Below, piece by piece: positions 11,740-25,138 of a stretch of 64,000 bases of DNA. Made by a program: the position numbers and the translations under genes. The notes beneath the pieces were generated by a model. It was not told the origin of the DNA and did not search any database. It was given only the letters and a program-made list of their open reading frames with translations. Positions within the stretch are counted from its first letter, which is position 1. Each line of letters starts with the position of its first letter. The stretch lies in the NCBI RefSeq assembly GCF_011386835.1, contig NC_088792.1:97402001-97466000 (forward strand). Direction: 5' to 3'. The DNA comes from Chrysemys picta bellii. Lineage: Eukaryota.

Positions 11740-14328
11740 ATTTATGGTTTTCAAAGTGTTTAAATACAAAACCCCATTAAGAATTAACACAAATTCATTG
11801 TACCTCAAAAAAAAAAAAAAAAAAAAGCTATATAACCCAGAAGTTGTTTGTTTCTGCCCATGGAAATATGAATTGTAATTGTTCATGTAAGACCAAAATC
11901 CAATTTCTCTTACTCAGACTGCATAGCACATTACTCCACAAATAGTCCCTTTAAAGGCAAAGACACCAGTTGTGGAATAAGGCTCTATTAAGTATTAGCA
12001 AATGGATCAGAAACTGGTTCTTACAATGACCCATATTATTGATTATGATTAACGTGAGGTTTAACTTAAAGGTGTTAATAACGCTAACAGATGCCTTTTT
12101 ATCTACATTTTAGGAACAGATTCTGCCACTACTCATGTCGAGTAGTAATTACTATATGTGTACCCCCATTGAGCTCAATAGGACTATTTGCAGAGTAAGG
12201 CACTCTTCAGCATGAGTAAGAGTAGCCCTTCATTTTTTTAATTTAATATATAGACTTCTATGGGTGATTAAGCTTCTCCAACTCAGAGGATGCTGCCAAT
12301 CTCACCTCGAGTTTGTAGTGTTACCCCCAAATTAACTTGATGATCTGAACACAAATAATGGGGTATTTATGATTCAGTACTAGTTTCCAGTGATTGTTAA
12401 GGGACTGCTCCTATTGAAGTCAATGGCAAAACTCCTATTCCCTTCAATGGGCACAAGTTGGGGCCCTAGATCAGCATTCTGCTGTGAAATGTAAGTGCAG
12501 AAAAATCCCAAAAGGAATCATAACTATCTGCAAGCATTTCCTTTTACTAAAGGCCCAGAATACAATCACAGATAAATACATTCGTCCTCACTAATACATA
12601 TCTCAATGTTGTACTTAAAACAGGCTCTCCAAGTTGTATGTACTGTTAATATCTGACATTTGTAGATTTTTTTTAACATGGGAGGAGACAGCATTTTGGA
12701 AGGTCTGACAAATTTTACAGCACGAGGGCTGGAGAGATACTGAAGAAATATATTTTTAATTTTCAATTTCACAAGGAGTGGCTTATATGGAGTGGAATAC
12801 ATTAGCATTTAAAAGCTTTTCCTTTTGCTTTTCTTTTACTATGCTGCTACCTAAAAAGAGAGGTTGTTTTCAAGATCACATCCCCTCAAAGAACTTGTCA
12901 AATGTGGTAGCAATTTATAATGCTATTTTGAGGACATGTAGATTTAATTAAATCAAATTATTACGGGGAGAGAGGGTTGATCAGTCAGTCTTGATTAACA
13001 TCCCAATTTCTGATTTTATCATATAGGTTTTCATTTCCCTCTTCTTTAAATAACTCTGACCACAAATCAAAACCCCATGACTGAGTCTAGAGATTGAAGG
13101 GAGAGAACCTTTTAAAATTTGGAAACAGGGTGTACATATGAATTCAAGCTACTGAGCAGGGCTTGGGAATAGTTACTTATTGACTTGAAAACCTCCCACT
13201 CTTTCCAATATGTATATCATGTAACCCACCCACCACATCTAAAATCCTCTTTTCTTTCCTCACTTGAGAATTTTCCCATGCTAGTTTCATGTTTTCCAGA
13301 ACCAGTCCCCTTTCACCACATATAAACTTGTGGAGGGAGTTGGCTTTTTGAGCTATACTACATTAGCATTTTTTTTAAATTAGACTCTGTCTGCTCTGGC
13401 CAGGAAAATCATGAGCCCAATCCTACTCCAATTGAAGTCTATGGGAGTTTTGACATTGTCTTTAATGGCAGAAGGATTGGAATTGATGCCAGCAGCTGCT
13501 ATCTAACCAAACTTAAAAATAGCTCTTGCTAGCATGAAGTTGCTAACATGGCTCCCTTTACCAGTGTACATAGAGATTAACCATGCTGTAAACTGGTTCA
13601 AAAAACCATTCTATAGTCTCATGTAAGTGGGAGCTAGTTGATGTTGGATGTGGCATCATTCATGCAAATAGTTTCTCTCCCCTACACTGTTTGCAATAAA
13701 CAGAAGCTAAGCCGCAGTCTGAGAAGTCAATGGGACTACTGACATGAGCAAGGTTTCCAGGAGGTCTACATACACAATTGTAGAGTCTGAACTGAAGCCC
13801 ATTGAAGTCAATGGGAAGCTTTTCACTAACTTCAATAAACTTTGGATCAGGCCTCCAGTGTTCCAGAATCCGAGTTGCCTCCTATTGAAATCAATAGTAA
13901 TTTTGCCACTCACTTCAATGGATGCAAGATCAGGCACTTGGTTTGTTTAATTTGCAAAGAGAAATTATTTATGTATTATTTTTAGCATTGGCAATTAGTA
14001 ACCCCTTAAAAAAAAAACTCCTGTGAAAAATTTAAATCAGAAAGCCTTGATATCTTATAGAATACTTTAGTGACAAATTTAGTGTTTACCTAATTGTTAC
14101 AATTTTTACAAAGTTTTTTTTTTTTTTTGCAAACTGCAAACAAGTCTGTAAAAAATGCATTGTATAAAAAGTACATACATGTATAACCCATTAGCTGTAC
14201 TATGCAATCTAAATACTATGGAATAAATTAGATAGAAAACTTAGCTATAAGCACATACGTTGATATTTATTCAACAGAGGAATTTTTTTCCTTTTTTTTT
14301 AAATCTCAATTGATTCATACAAACGTGG

Positions 14329-14329
<1 letters not shown>

Positions 14330-14365
<36 letters not shown>
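14330..14365. repeat. (CA)18 microsatellite within the putative 3'UTR
   Basis: Read directly from the sequence. Confidence 0.95.
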
Positions 14366-14369
<4 letters not shown>

Positions 14370-16156
14370 GTTTTGGCTGACAAAAATGAAGGCCCTGATT
14401 ACACTGCTTAAACACGGTTCTTGCCATAAAGGTGCTAACACACTGTATCCCTGGCCAATGTCGACAGGGCTTAATTGTGCTATAAAACTGTTTTTTTACA
14501 AACCGTGCTATCGCCAAGATGGGGAACCATATTCATGCTTTTCTAGCAAGAAGTGTTTTTTTAAGCACAGCTCACTAGGATGTTGCTAACATGGGGGCTT
14601 GGTCCTGCAAACCTTTACTCACACGGGTAAGAAATTGCAGCATCAGGCCTCATGGTTTCCAAACTCAGTGTAGACAAGGCCTTAAGGTTTCTCCCATTCC
14701 CTCTAACCTTTTTCCCTACCCAACAACAAATGTTTTTACTTCAGCATTCTTTTAAATATGACAGTGATAGAATTTTAAAAACCTATCTACCTATGCCCTA
14801 CGGGTTGGACCCTTCAGGTTAGGTGTTGACACTGAAAATTAGGTCTTATAGTGCGCAAACTCATCAAGAGTCGCCAGACTGGAGAGCGGTGGTTGAGACA
14901 GCCAGTTAAAGACTGTATTTAAAATAGAAATAATACCATAGCTTTCATTTTGCTCTGTGTTCTACCAGGGTGATGGTGGGGAGGGCCCAAAGCTGCATGC
15001 AATATGACATCAGATCTTGCTAAGTGGTACACTGGAGCTTTAGATTTCTTGTTACGAGGGACTGTTTTAAATGTGTTCCTTTCCACGCAATAAAAAATAA
15101 TCTTTTAATACACTGTGCTTTGCACACAACAATTCATTGCTTTAAGAACATTAGGGTGAAGCCTGAAGTGCTTATACCATGTGTATATATACGTATATAT
15201 ATATATCCCCCTTGTATGAAGTTGTTTTCCTACAATGTACAGCTGCTGTACATCAGGAAAAAGTCTTAGTGTCATGAATGTGAAAGAAGTAACAATTCTA
15301 TCACAGATGGGCCTGAAATAGAATCTTGGACCCAAGCACCCCAGGACTTTCTAGGGGTTTGAAATCCACTGCTAAATCCAGATCGCAATGTTATGTTTTG
15401 GGCAATATTTCAGCCTGAATGTAATCAACCTAATTGTCCCCTTAATCTAAACCCTGACTTGTTACTTATGACCGGTACCAACCACAAACAGACTGTTTAG
15501 AGGCTCACATAAATGTCTTTGGTGTATGTGTCTATTCTTTTTAAGGTACAAAATAATAATAATTATTATAATATAAATAACTATTTTGTGTGCTGTAGCA
15601 GTTCTTGTATAGCCCACAATAAGTGCAGCTCTCAACCCCTCCTACTCCCAATCAACCTCCCTCGAATATACTTGTTAAATAAAGATTAGACAGGTCAAAC
15701 ACCATTGTAGTGCAAATAGTAAACGATTAAAAAATTTTTTTTTACAAAATATAGAAATGTTCGGCTCCAGTAACTGGACAAACATGTTCCTTTCAAGTAT
15801 CTCTCATTGAAACAAAAAAAAAGTTACTTCCATTAAATAAAGTCTTTCTGTTTTTTTTTTTTTTTTTTCCTTTCTCTCTCAGGTAAACAGTTTCAAACCA
15901 ACCAGGTTGCATAGTTCTAATGTTGTAAGCACCTTAACGAAATGTAACTTTGTATTCTTTCTTTCATTCTTTTTCATTTTTTTCTTCTTTTTTGTTGTTG
16001 TTTTTTTTTGTGGGTTTTTTTTTTGCAAATGTAGTGCAGAAGATGAAGGTGTGAACACCTGCGCAATATTGTCCCTTTACCAACATAAGTAAGTGTACGT
16101 ATGTGTATATTTGTGTGTGTGTGCGCGTATGTATGTGTGTATTTGTGTGTGTGCTC

Positions 16157-16287
16157 NNNNNNNNNNNNNNNNNNNNNNNNNNNNNNNNNNNNNNNNNNNN
16201 NNNNNNNNNNNNNNNNNNNNNNNNNNNNNNNNNNNNNNNNNNNNNNNNNNNNNNNNNNNNNNNNNNNNNNNNNNNNNNNNNNNNNNN
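16157..16287. other. Assembly gap (131 N) next to a TG-rich tract
   Basis: N run. Confidence 1.
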
Positions 16288-16757
16288 TTGGTAAATTGGG
16301 GGGAGGGGAGAGGGGAAAGTGCCAGTGAATGTAGTGTTCATACACATGGCTTTTCTAAGAATTTCAATGCCATTTTGGACTCAGAGTCCAAACTGCTGCA
16401 GGTTAGGCAAGCTGCTACCAGGGCTTGAACTGATGGGTAACTAGGAGAGGAAACACAATTCTCCTTGTAACGAATAATGTTTAACATACTATATAATAAA
16501 ATATGGAACATATTGAAAGGAAGGGGAATCCCCCTCCCCACACTGCTATTCAAAAAATTTCTCATTCAAGCCCTGTTTGTTTATGCGCTCTTTTTCTTCC
16601 TTTGTCTGTCTTTAGTCTTTTTGAACTCCATGTGTTGTCTTTTTTTTTTTTTTAATTGTTTCATTTGGAAAGATTAAACCATAGTCGGGTCTTTCCTCTA
16701 CTGCAGCTTCTTTTCAATTTTCCACACAGACAGCAGGCCCTTGGTGTGAGTGTGTGT

Positions 16758-17681
<924 letters not shown>

Positions 17682-19024
17682 TTAGTATGTATTTTTCATT
17701 CCTTTGATAAGACTGTATTGTCACCAGAAGAATAAAATTCCCTAAGTTATGTTTCTATTTAATATTCTGAGTGTTCCCTACTGTGCCTTGCTAACCCCCT
17801 CTGTCTCCCACATCTCTTTGATGTTACCTTTTCCTGCAGTGGAAATTCTCTATTTACTGAAGTATTTGTTTTCCTATTTTTTTCTCATATAAAATTTTGT
17901 TATGGGAGCATTAATCATACATGTGAATTCATGCAGTGCATTTAATGGCAAGTGGGCATTACTTGGTGTGTAGGGGTTAATTTTGCTCGGCTTTCTCTTG
18001 TGATTGCTATTAACTGACAGGGAAAGTAATCGCTGTTTAAAAAAAAAGCCCATGAAAATATATAATACGCATACAAATCTGTGTCTAGCGATAAAAACTG
18101 GGGGGGCTAGATCCATGTCCACAGAAGTCAATGGGGGATTTGGCAAAGGAAGCAGGATCTGGCCCATATAAATCATCATCATTCTTCATTAAGTTCTTAC
18201 ACCAAGGAAGTATATGCCAATAGTTTCAGAAACCTAGCAATACTTAAATATCACTCTTAGCATTCAGAGATTCACAGATCTATTTCAGGAATGGCTTAGT
18301 GTTTTGCAGCCAGACACTTAATCCTGTGAACTACTAGTTATAGATTCTGTTCTTAATTTAACATAGTGTGCCCATTGTGATTATAGTAATGGCAAATCCA
18401 CCAATAAATGAGTTAAAGAACCTTCTGAAGAAGGTTCTCTGGCATAACTATATAAACTTGCTGGGATGCCAGTGATGATGATTATGCTGGGGAGAGGGAG
18501 TTTCTTTGATACAGATCTCATATCCCTGGCAGAAGTTAAAGTGAACGATGAGGGCTGTTTTATGGTTTGATCACTAAGCATGAAGAAGTTAAGAGAGAAT
18601 GAATTGGCTGGTTTTTTTAAAAAAAGAAACAGAGATGGTTTGTGTCTAAGACTACGGCATTATGATTTGTAGGAAAGCTGGATTTTTTTTTTTAGAGAAA
18701 GAGAAGACCAGCACCCTGGGGGTAAAGGGCTACATGTTTTCTTTCTGGGGTAGGATGGGCAAGCAGCAGATGTTTGGAATTTATAGATGTAAAACTTTAA
18801 AATGGATAGGGACAGATTCTGAAATCCTTATTCAAACTGCATCACACTTGTGGAGCAAGGTGTTGAGTGAGGTACTCTTTAATGCGAGTCAGGGTATCAA
18901 GGGCAACCAATGATCAAGACTGAAATGGTAGGACCAAAGCATCAAAAAGGTCACTTGAAAAGTGCTATTGCATCAGCAAGGCTGTTGATCCTGGTTCTTC
19001 TTCATCAAAGAATTCCACAAACAA

Positions 19025-19185
19025 TTATTAATTAGTTATCACAACGCCCCTCAGACATATCCCCATTTCACAGATTGGGAATCTGAGACACAGTGTTTAA
19101 GTGATTTACCTAAGGCCACAGAGGAAACTCTGTGTGAGAACTCAAGATTTCCTGGCTCCTAAAACCCTGTCCACACTGCCTTCTA
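19025..19185 (-). mobile_element. CORE-SINE (MIR-like) fragment
   Basis: ccccatttcacagattgggaatctgagacacag...aagtgatttacctaaggccaca is the reverse complement of the CORE domain. Confidence 0.65.
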
Positions 19186-21830
19186 AGCTACCTGTTGCTT
19201 TCTTTTTTCTGTGAAGTCCTGATACAGATATATTCAGCTACTCCAGGTGGAATTCCCAGGTCAAAGAGACAGTAATTTCTAAATGAGAGTAGCCAGAGGG
19301 CACACTGTTTTATTTTTATTTTACTTCCCAGTGAGAGTATGAAATTGTGGACTTGAACTGTCCTTGGGACAGAAAAACACATGGATTGTTTCCCATCGAC
19401 TTTGCTGATACCTGTCTCCAAAGGGGGTTAAATAGGTTCTCATGGAATTAAACAGGATTGTGGGGTAAATGTATTGCTTTCAGAGGTGTATCTTTTCTCA
19501 CTTAAAATTAGTAAGAAGTTTTGGGAAAAGAGACCAGAGAGTTCTAGCGTGCCAATCCAAGCTGACAAAAGCTTTGAGATGTGAGGTTTTCTGAGAATGA
19601 CCATCACTTGATAGTAATTAAAAGGAAATGAGTTAACCCTTTTTGCTATTGCATGGCTGGTGCTCATGTTTCCATTCTGGCAGTAAACAAACTATGGCAA
19701 AGCTGTCTGCTTTATAAGTGCAGAAGGTTTTTGATACAGATGGGCATTAACCAAAACTCCATATATGCCAGAAATTTGAAAAAGTTCAGATCTGGACCCC
19801 CAACTTTATAGCTTGCCCAGGTCTCTGTATTGGGCCAAACCAAAACCTAAATCAGAGCACCCCAAAACATGCAAGAGTTCTGGATCAGGAATTGAATTTT
19901 TGTGGCTTATTATGGTCTATTTCTCAAGAAGTATGATACACGTACCCCCTTTGTTACGCGCCTGAACTTCTGAGCAAAGCATTTAGAATAGTGTAACTGT
20001 GCTGCAGGTTTGGATTTGGATCTGGATCTAGATATGAAACACGTCTAAATTCAAGGGAATTCAAATCTAGGCTATTGGTTCTAATGTATAATGAGAAAGG
20101 GGCTTTATAAAGAGAGTACTTATTAAAGGGTTACTTAATACTGTTAGGTGTCCAGGTGCAATATTTAACATTTCTGTTCTTAGCATTATAACGGGAGCTG
20201 ATAATAATTATAAAGTGACATACTTCCATCTGTAAATAGCCACAGTTACCTTATATGTAGGCTGATGAGTAGTATGTGTAACAATTTAGTTATTCAGTTT
20301 GGACAGATGTTGCAAGAAAGACACAAAATCTCTGGATCTTTTAAAATTAGTTTTTCATAAGTCCCCATATTTCTGAAAGTTGAATTAATTACTTAATGAA
20401 GTAATAAAAAAATTGGACTAATACAGCATGAAGTATTTGAATAGACTTTCAATGCTTTTGCCTTACCTCACTTCTGAACGGCTGCTGCAAAGTAACATAA
20501 GATGAGTCTAATGCCATAACAGCATCACCAACATTATTCGACATGTTTTCATAAAGAACTATGGATTTAAATTCCAAGGAAAGAGGGAGATGCAAAAAAA
20601 TCAAACTGTCCTAATGCTTCTGTATGAAAAAAAAAATTCTATGCAGTCCTCAAGCCCACATTATTTAGCAGAAAATTCTATAATGTTAAAAAAAAAAACC
20701 ACCTTTTTTAGGTCTGTTTTCAGGAGGCCAGTATGGAACAAAGCTGGAGGGAAAATTAAAATAGTGGTGAGGAAAAATCAAAACTCTCTTAAATTCACCC
20801 CAAATCCCAAATCAACTAACTATGCTCTTTTGTAATCAGCTTCTGAGAAAGAACTAACAGTACAAATACTGAAGTCCTAACTTGGTTTGTACAAAGTCCC
20901 TCTTTCAGGTAAACTCTCATTGTAGTCAGTGAGAGTTTTGCCTGAGTAAAAGCTGAGTTAGACCTCAAGAATTGGCCCAATATGAATGAATGTTCACCAT
21001 ATTAGAGTCTTTATTTAAAAAAAGCCACATAAATATCCTAAGAGGAATCGCATCTCAAATGTTTTATGTTAGAGATTCTGCAGTCCCTTTTTCCCCAAGC
21101 GTTGCTCAGGGATTTAGCTTCAGTTAAACCTTGCGTAATGCGTAATGCTTTGGAAATGTACACTGCCTTTATATATAATTGTCTAATGAAAAAGCATGCT
21201 GTAGTCTGTCTGATAACTGAAGGTGCAAAAGAGATCTCACTAAATGTTTTGGGTGGTATCATTTCATCACAAGCTCACAGCAATACTTTCGTTGTCCTCT
21301 TTTTGTATTTCCTTGTCTGCTGTGGCTGATTTTCAATGGACTTTTTCCATTTCTAATCATCCTGCTCCTCCTGCCTGATTCATGTGGAAAGTCCCACAAT
21401 CCAACACTGCTGACCACTTCATCCCTTCTGTGTGATACTGACAAAATATTGGATTGTGTTATCACAGGAGAAAGTGCTAGAGAAGGGAGACATGTGCTTA
21501 TTCCAGAACCCCAGATCTGAGTGCCTCTCACCCCTTACTTAACAAAACATAGGGGATGTTTGTATCTGATTCCACATCTCTACTTCCCAGCTGTGGCCGG
21601 TCTCTGCCACAAAGAAGGTCCTGATTCTAAAGAGCAAACAGGAATCGTCTAGCAAAGTTAAATATGTTGGCAAAAGTTGTGGAGAAAAGTGAAAAATAAA
21701 AAATAATTTGTTATGTGGTAAAAGCTTTTATAAGGAAGGAATTATTCAGTGGGAGGAAAATAGAACAACACTATTTGATATTTTAATGAGAGTTAGCTAT
21801 AATCTTTTGCCCTTCAATATTGCTTGCACA

Positions 21831-22083
21831 CAGGGCCGGCTCCAGGCACCAGCTTAACAAGCAGGTGCTTGGGGCGGCCAAGGGAGCGGGACGGCACCTG
21901 CGGCAATTTGGGGGCGGCAGGTCCCTCACTCCCTCTAGGAGCGAAGGACCTGCCACTGAACTGCCGCTGCCGATCGCGGCTTTTTTTTTTTTTTTTTTCC
22001 CAATTGCCACCGCCGGTCGCGATCATGGCTTTTTTTTTTTTTTTTTTCTGCTTGGGGCGGCAGAAATGCTGGAGCCGGCCCTG
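21831..22083. mobile_element. hAT-type MITE in INHBA intron 2
   Basis: Perfect 15-bp TIR cagggccggctccag / ctggagccggccctg. The 8-bp flanks cttgcaca / attgcata match at 6/8. Confidence 0.85.
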
Positions 22084-23845
22084 ATTGCATACCTTTAAGG
22101 ACAGGAGCCTGAACATGTGATGGGAAGGAAGGATGCATTTAAATCCTCCATGTACCAAGCTGCAAAAACTGTAAGGGCAATCATAAGGCTGCTTATGTCT
22201 GTGTATAATGACCTAATATGGAAGAATTAATTTTTTTTGACTGCGTGGAATGGGGGCAAGGGGACAGGGAAGGTGGCAAATCACTAGAAAACCCATGCCA
22301 GAGCTGGGAGGTGAGGGACTTTGAAACCTCTTCATTCTTCAGAATTGGCTTTTGTGTGCTTGGTGTCCCCCAGGAGAATGCAGAAGGAAAGCAGGCATGT
22401 CACAGATAAACAGGGGCTTTGCCAGTGGGCCCAGGCACTTTGTGGCTCCACAGAGCCAATCTCTGCATGAGGCTGCATTTACTACTCCCTCTTAGGTCTC
22501 TCAATAGAAGCCACAGGATCGCTGGTGTTAAAGTGCACTCTGAGGCTCATGATTCCTTTCCTCACTTCTGCCAAGTTGAGTCCCTTAGTATGCAGTTCCA
22601 GCCTACTGACTTTGGATTTAGACTGTGCATCAGGATAGGGCCCTGTGAGTTTGAGCTATGTGCACCTACACAGGTAGGGCCTAAATTATACAACTTAGAA
22701 GATCTTTTTGAATAAAATGATAATACATTTAAAGCAGGTTTTTCCTTAACCAAATGTTATTAAATGATTAAGTCTTTGTTTCCCCTCCTCCCAGACCCAA
22801 CTACCACCCATGGAAGCAATTATACTTCCTACCATTACAGTGGAGCTTACTCTTAATACATGACATTTAAATTGGCCATGGAAAAATGTTCACTGTGTAA
22901 GAGAGCTCTGTGACTTTAAATTTCCATTCTTCATTGCTGTTTCATTTTGAGTCATTTTTATGTTATACTGTAAGTGAACTATTTTTCCCTACAAAGCAAG
23001 CTTTTTTTTTTTTAAAGTTGCTAACTTTACTACTGCCTATGATTAGATTTGGTGGGGCGGGGGGAGAGATTTGTACAGTGTGCCAATCTGTAATTACATT
23101 CAAAAGCATCCTTCTCTTTACTCCTCATTTTCGTTCCCCAGGAGACAGAGAAAAAGAAATAGGTTAGTAGAAAGGTTCTTTCGGAGGGAATGAAGAGAAG
23201 AGTGTGGTTGAGAGATAATTGCTTGAAAGGTTTACTAATGACCACTAGAGCTAGAGGAATTGTTCACAGTTTATCCAGTGAATTTAGCCCTGTTAACTGT
23301 CTGGCAATTATCCCTAAGCAGACTGATTATTACAATTTTTTCATTATTCATGATTATTCAGTGGCAATTTATGTGGATGTATTTCAGTCTATGGATCACT
23401 CACAATGATTCTCTCCAATTATTCATTATTCTTCACGTGTGATTGGTCACCTAAGTCGCAGGAGTGTGTTTCTGCTCCCGGACTGGATAACTGTAACTCT
23501 TTAAACAAGGGAAGAGCGATTCTGATGCAAATAGCAAAAACCTTGTATTCATGTTCACATACTCTTGTCTACAGGTGAATACAGGTATTTGCAGGAAGAA
23601 CAGCCATTCCCCAAATGTTCATGCGAACAAAAACCCATTCCCATAAACGTTCATGAAATGGCCAACAGAAAAGGGACAGGCAAGGTCGTCTCCTCTGAAA
23701 TTTGAGTAAATTCAGCTCTACTAACTATTGACTCATATTTTATTCTATCAGAAATTAACGTGTTACTTATTATCCAAAAAGGAGACATTCTGCACTTACA
23801 ACATAGAGTTCCTTCACTAGAGCTAAAAATCTTCCCTCATGAGTT

Positions 23846-23870
23846 TGTGTGTGTGTGTGTGTGTGTGTGT
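23846..23870. repeat. (TG)12 microsatellite
   Basis: Read directly from the sequence. Confidence 0.95.
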
Positions 23871-24159
23871 TTTCAAGGGCGTTGTAGGGGTGCTTTCACC
23901 AGTAAGGTTTTTGCAATGTTAAGTTAAAATGGTTCATTGTATTGCAGAAGACAAAAGAACAATTTGTGTCATGTTAATAATACTGCAGATTTGAATTCTA
24001 AGCTGTCACTCCTTCCATAAAAATATTGCACTTTTGTGCAACAAGGGCCAAATCCTTTACTTATTGAGATGAATAGCAAAATTTCCACTGACTTCAAATG
24101 AACTAGCATTTGACCTTAAATGAAATTGTTAAAGCTCTGTTGCCACAAACAATATTGAC

Positions 24160-24505
24160 TTCACACTTACAAATACACATGTCCACATTTAAGGACACCC
24201 GATCACAGATCTATGCACACGTTTACGCAGACAGGCCAGTTTATATACATATGGACACTGATATGCATCCATTTATACATAGGCATGCATGTGGACGTGC
24301 ATGCACATACATTTATCCAGGCACCCAAACCCATTTACACAGAAACACTACATGCATACCCATGTCCAGGCTTGCATGCCCTGGCACATGCATGTACATA
24401 AAAATACATAGGCACACTTATGCATATATACAAGCAAATGTGTGCCCACATGTACACAGCTGTATTTGCAGACACAAGTGCACACATGTTTGCACGCACA
24501 GTGAT
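24160..24505. repeat. Degenerate alternating purine-pyrimidine (CA/TG/TA) tract
   Basis: About 340 bp dominated by acacatgtgcatgcacatac-like runs. Confidence 0.75.
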
Positions 24506-25124
24506 GTTCTCGCAGATACCTTTTCTAGACTAGTTCTCTCCCTCTCTGATTCACCTGCACTTTCTTAAACTGTTCACAACCAAACCAACCCCTAGAGAAG
24601 CTTCTCATTTTGTTTCAGTAAAATGCATTTAATTAAGAGGGGGTTTCCTCTCTTGGAAGTAATTTGCTTTCATTTGTTAGACTTGGAATCTTTGATAACG
24701 TATGCTAAAGTGGAAAAAAAACAACAACAACAAGGGGAAAGAGATTTGTTTTCTAAAAGCCAAGGAGACTGCATTAGAAAAAATGTGATAAAATCAGCTC
24801 AGCTGATGATTCACGGTCACATTTCTCAGTGTCTGTTTAAAAAAAAAAATCATTTCTGATCTCTAGATTTCCAGAATGTAAGCATCCAGCAATTGATCAG
24901 ATTTATCTTTTCCCTTCCTTTGCCTGTTTCCTTACATTGCATTATTTTTCCGGTAGTCTTCCACTCCAGTTAATTTCTGCCTTTTAAACTAGATGGAAGA
25001 AACAAGATCTCCACTCAGAGGCTACAGATAAGCACAAAGATCTTTGGGATTCAGGATCCAATTAGGTAAAATAGCAGCTTGAAGGAAGGTTAACTTGCAT
25101 GAACTGAAAAGGCTTTGGAAGAGT

Positions 25125-25138
25125 GTGCCCTCTTGTGG
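25125..25138 (-). promoter_or_regulatory. CTCF motif candidate in INHBA intron 2
   Basis: Minus strand tgg-CCACAAGAGGGCAC has one mismatch to CCASYAGRKGGCRS. Confidence 0.5.

Larger units (their letters stand above)
11190..16757 (-). other. INHBA: Putative long INHBA 3'UTR (end uncertain)
   Basis: AT-rich sequence downstream of the stop codon. Minus-strand AATAAA at 14271-14266 and 11212-11207, an ARE nonamer TTATTTATT at 11331-11323 and miRNA seed-like motifs. Interrupted by three N gaps. Confidence 0.45.

Noticed and set aside
11335-16428. ORFs containing X runs
   Set aside because: Artefacts of translating across N gaps.
24110-24568. 152-aa His/Thr/Cys-rich ORF suggesting a metal-binding protein
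   Set aside because: The composition is an artefact of the CA/TG-alternating tract.
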